Origin: Rotaria sp.
Lineage: Eukaryota
Length of the DNA: 52,698 nt
Reading direction: 5' to 3'
Assembly: GCA_905250055.1 (NCBI GenBank)
Contig: CAJNOF010000202.1
Span: forward strand, 107,666 to 160,363
Shown: one piece after another, positions 49,379 to 52,698 of the stretch
How the letters are laid out: the number at the start of each line of letters is the position of its first letter
Numbering within the stretch: the stretch's first letter is position 1
The notes under the pieces: model-generated
Databases searched by the model: none
What the model was told of the DNA's origin: nothing
The model's input: only the letters and a program-made list of their open reading frames with translations
Position numbers and translations under genes: made by a program

Positions 49379-51838
49379 AACTTTATCTTTTGGCTTTTTG
49401 CTGTAATCAGGTGCTGGCTTGGTTTATTACTGATTTATTCTCGAATTGATATTATGCAGTTGAAGTTTCTGTTATATTCGAAGTCGAATCAGGAAACTCA
49501 TGGAAAAAAATACGAAATTGTGGTTGGACGACGTAGCAGTCGTTCATATCTTCTTAATTTTACGTAGACAAGAAATGTTTATTTGAAAATACAAATTAGA
49601 CAATTTTGTACAGTGAACAATTTTCCATCGCTTGAGCTTAGATGAGAGACTTTTCATGTATTGCTGTTCTTCAAAAAAGTTACTGTACAATATATAAAGA
49701 AACAATAACACTCTCTATTCCCTACAATAGTATGTTACATTTATTAAATAAACATTTAAACTAGTTCCATTTAAAACTGCCAACAAAACCCGAAGGATGT
49801 TAAAACAATATCTCACTATGTATACATAAATGCATGTATATATGCATCCCCAAAATCATAATAAAAATTGCATCTTCTGTACTGATACGATCTCTAAGAG
49901 ATGTACAGAACATCATTAAACTAAAACAGAATAACGTATACTAATGTGTAGACTATTGTATTATAAAAACCCCAATTTTTTCATAATGTTTAAGTAAAAA
50001 TAACTTATTCTGTTACTTTTTTGAATTCGCCTTCTAAGCTTTTGTCTGTTGAAGAAAGTCTATTGCACTTTCTTGAATGCATCTTCCAGCGCTACATTTA
50101 GAAACAAAACTTCACTGTACTTTTGCTGATAGACCCAAGAAAAATTTACCAATTATTAATGAAAGGCTAGCGAATGAGACTGATTGAGCTGATCTAACAC
50201 AATTAGAAATTATTTATTGAATTTCAATACTTTCTGACAGTCATAATAAAGTATAAAAAAAGAAAGCATCTTACAGTTTGGAATCTTATTAGATTGAACA
50301 TATTTTCTCTTAGTATTTCGCCATATCCGACAATCGGACAGTAATCATGACTATTTCTCAGTAGATAAAAGCAAGAAAGCATTTTCTTGGAATGATTTTT
50401 TTCTGATTTATCAAATATTTTTAAATGAAAATGAAGAAGAAAAAAGAATTTCCTCTGAAATTGCAAAGAAATTAATCGTTATTTCTTCTTCTTTTTAGCA
50501 AAAAACACCGTGATTTGACTTGTCCCAAGGTGAGGAAATCACATTTGTCCAAATAATAGTATTTTCAATATGTCAGCAAAATAAAGCTAGGTAGACTTCA
50601 GTTGAATTGCAGTACACATTCTAAAAGGTTCATTACACTAAAACCTTTCTTTCCATTTTTGTATGTGAATTTCGGATGTATAGAAATACTTAAATATCCA
50701 ACTTAGCTAGTTCCACGTCATACTAACAGTCTTTCGATTGTTTGTGTCTTCCTCCAACTATAGGCAATATCAAAAGTCATCAATCTGGGAATAGACTCTG
50801 CGCTTATTTTATTCAGAGATGAGTTCAAACGAGAGTCGTATCATGGATTCAGAATAATTCTTTCATGTCAAGACTAACGTGAAAGTCATAATATTTTCAC
50901 TTGACGTCCTCAATCAAGTATAGATGTGGATATTCTCTTTCCTACCAACCACATCCTTCGTTTGGATGGTAATTAATGTGAACGCTTCTCTTTACTCGCG
51001 ATGACGCCAGAAAAAAGAAATGTAAACAAAATTTTGTTTGCCTGCTCCCGACAAAAAAGGAGAAAGAAATGATCACAATGATTCACGTATTCAAAGGTGC
51101 GGAGAACTTTCTCAATCACCATGTTTCATTATTAGTTGAAAATATTATGCGTTTCGAATAACAAAATCCAAAAGTTGTTTTCACGATGTTGAAAAAGATT
51201 GATTCATTGTGTCTTCAAACAACAACAACAAATATATGAAATTCGTTTTTACGGACAACAATTTCTAATGCAAGAGTGAAATCATTGCTATTGATCGTAT
51301 TTGAAAAACGTTCGAAATGGATCAACGATCATCTTTTTCTAGTTCTTGATGAAACTATCATTGATGATCGAGGGTTCAGTTGATTTTCACTCAAAATATG
51401 TATACTTTCGAGTCTGAATAGATAAGTGCCGATGTTAACATACCCAAGCACAGTGTTTCAGCTATAGTTCAAGTTTGCATTGATTATTTTTTCAGAATAG
51501 CCAATGAATAACTGAAATCATGATCCTTCTCTGAGTTTCGTAAATAGAGTGTCAGATACTGATGAAAAAATAGACAGTTTCAAGTCTAGATATGTCAGAG
51601 CTGGATCCATGAAAATGTAGACTCACAGCTTCCTAACTATATACGATTGATACTACTGCGCAATTGTGATAATTAAGAACACTATGATGACTCAACGTAC
51701 GGTCATCTTATGACATCATTGAAACCTACTTCAAAATATGAGTATAATCATGAATATTGATTCGTTTTTCTTTCCGCATGACGTCAATACAGAGAGAAAA
51801 TTACAAAGTCAGACGTAGTTCGACGGTAATCATTCACG

Positions 51839-51846
51839 TATATAAG
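51839..51846 (+). promoter_or_regulatory. TATA box (TATATAAG) ~50 bp upstream of the ATG of the peptide-precursor gene
   Basis: cgTATATAAGccatgcgttcttcatttc... then ATG at 51895. The spacing is typical for a core promoter; no other support. Confidence 0.35.
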
Positions 51847-51894
51847 CCATGCGTTCTTCATTTCTTTTCACTATCACATCATAATTAAAGTATC

Positions 51895-52221
51895 ATGGCT
51901 TGTTATTATACAATTTTCTTTACTATTGGAATAATTTGTTTGCTAATTTGTGCAACAAATGCTGCTGATGAGAACATCGAAAATCTTGACCTTTCATTAC
52001 TTCGAAAGTTACTTGAAAAGCGTATGCCTTGTGAAATACGAGATCCAATCACTTATGAATGTAAAACACGGGGACCACGAAGTTCATTTAAACGCCATTT
52101 GAACAACGAAGTGCATGATATAGACAGTGTTCGACGACGAAAAAAACGTCTTCCATGTGAAGTACGAGATCCATGGACAGGTGAATGTCGTGTACCTGGT
52201 CCACGGAGTCCATTCAAATGA
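51895..52221 (+). CDS. Secreted prohormone-like precursor (108 aa): signal peptide, then two related Cys-loop peptides flanked by mono- and multibasic processing sites
   Basis: MACYYTIFFTIGIICLLICATNA | ADENIENLDLSLLRKLLEKR | MPCEIRDPITYECKTRGPRSSFKR | HLNNEVHDIDSVRRRKKR | LPCEVRDPWTGECRVPGPRSPFK*. Repeat unit PCE[IV]RDPxTxEC[KR]x[RP]GPRSxFK with a C-x8-C spacing. Single exon, stop at 52219-52221. Confidence 0.6.
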   Translation: MACYYTIFFTIGIICLLICATNAADENIENLDLSLLRKLLEKRMPCEIRDPITYECKTRGPRSSFKRHLNNEVHDIDSVRRRKKRLPCEVRDPWTGECRVPGPRSPFK

Positions 52222-52698
52222 AACGTCTACATTGACTTTCGTTAGAAAAAAACTTTTAATACAATACTTTTTAACTATGAAGAGCTATTTAAAAAAGTAT
52301 GAATTACTTATTACTTAATAACGTTATTAACTTCTAACTAATCTTGTACTTGATACATATCATATAGTGATTTTTTCTACTGTGTTCTTTTCTTCACTTT
52401 TCATTTGTATTTTCTTTCAACTCTCTTTTATAATAATAGAACAAGAATATCGATCTAACCGTGAACTAATGAAAACTACTGTTTTCAGTTCCTGTGTCTA
52501 TAATGTCAGAAGAAGCATTTATGTCGATTCCACAATCTACAATCTTTTTTGAAAAACTCACATTGTCTTGTTACAAAGTCTTTAGTTTCTTTGAACAGAG
52601 CATGTATCAATTACATCGTTTTTACTAAGAGGTAAATGATCGACTCTGATCGAACACATGTTGCGATGACGAAAGTAAGCAGGTTAGTGTCAACAAAA

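Overview
This is eukaryotic nuclear DNA: AT-rich, with many short (~50-70 nt) GT..AG introns and several multi-exon protein genes. Interstitial (TGTGGG)n / (CCCACA)n telomere-type repeats are scattered throughout the window. That hexamer is the bdelloid-rotifer telomeric repeat, and the intron size and gene content (P450, F-box, DBH-like, PARP4) are consistent with an Adineta/Philodina-like genome. This is an inference that needs a database search.

Genes supported from the sequence:
- Intact CYP3-clan cytochrome P450, minus strand, 5836-8195, 3 exons.
- F-box protein gene, minus strand, about 12.3-15.2 kb.
- Second CYP3-like P450 (16887-19001, minus) that carries three in-frame stops plus frameshifts and is a probable pseudogene.
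- Vault-type PARP (PARP4-like: BRCT + PARP catalytic + VIT + vWA), plus strand, about 23.2-29.9 kb or further, with at least 18 exons.
- Two tandem paralogous small acidic ORFs plus a degenerate third copy (32.1-33.3 kb).
- Proline-rich (polyPro-tract) gene at 34.2-36.6 kb, followed by an unusual HSP70 C-terminal (SBD/lid-only) coding region at 37.4-38.7 kb.
- 11-exon DBH/MOXD1-like copper monooxygenase (45331-47877, plus) with signal peptide and DOMON domain.
- Small secreted cysteine-rich protein (3.48-4.37 kb).
- Prohormone-like secreted peptide precursor (51895-52221) with two Cys-loop peptide copies separated by an RRRKKR processing site.

Repeats and mobile DNA:
- At least 15 short head-to-head telomere-repeat palindromes (G-strand arm, 20-50 bp spacer, C-strand arm), including inside introns.
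- A MITE-like element with ~110-bp terminal inverted repeats (42599-43194).
- Several foldback elements: 3-208; 28872-29178 inside a PARP4 intron, carrying a 3x 24-bp tandem repeat.
- A recurring G-rich palindromic motif, GGGGGGCT(C/A)AGCC.
- An AT-rich ~20-bp minisatellite and a 135-bp polypurine tract.

No rRNA, tRNA or CRISPR features were recognised. The 'M' at ORF-track starts often corresponds to TTG/CTG/GTG, so starts were re-derived by hand. Exon coordinates are hand-derived and may be off by a few bp.
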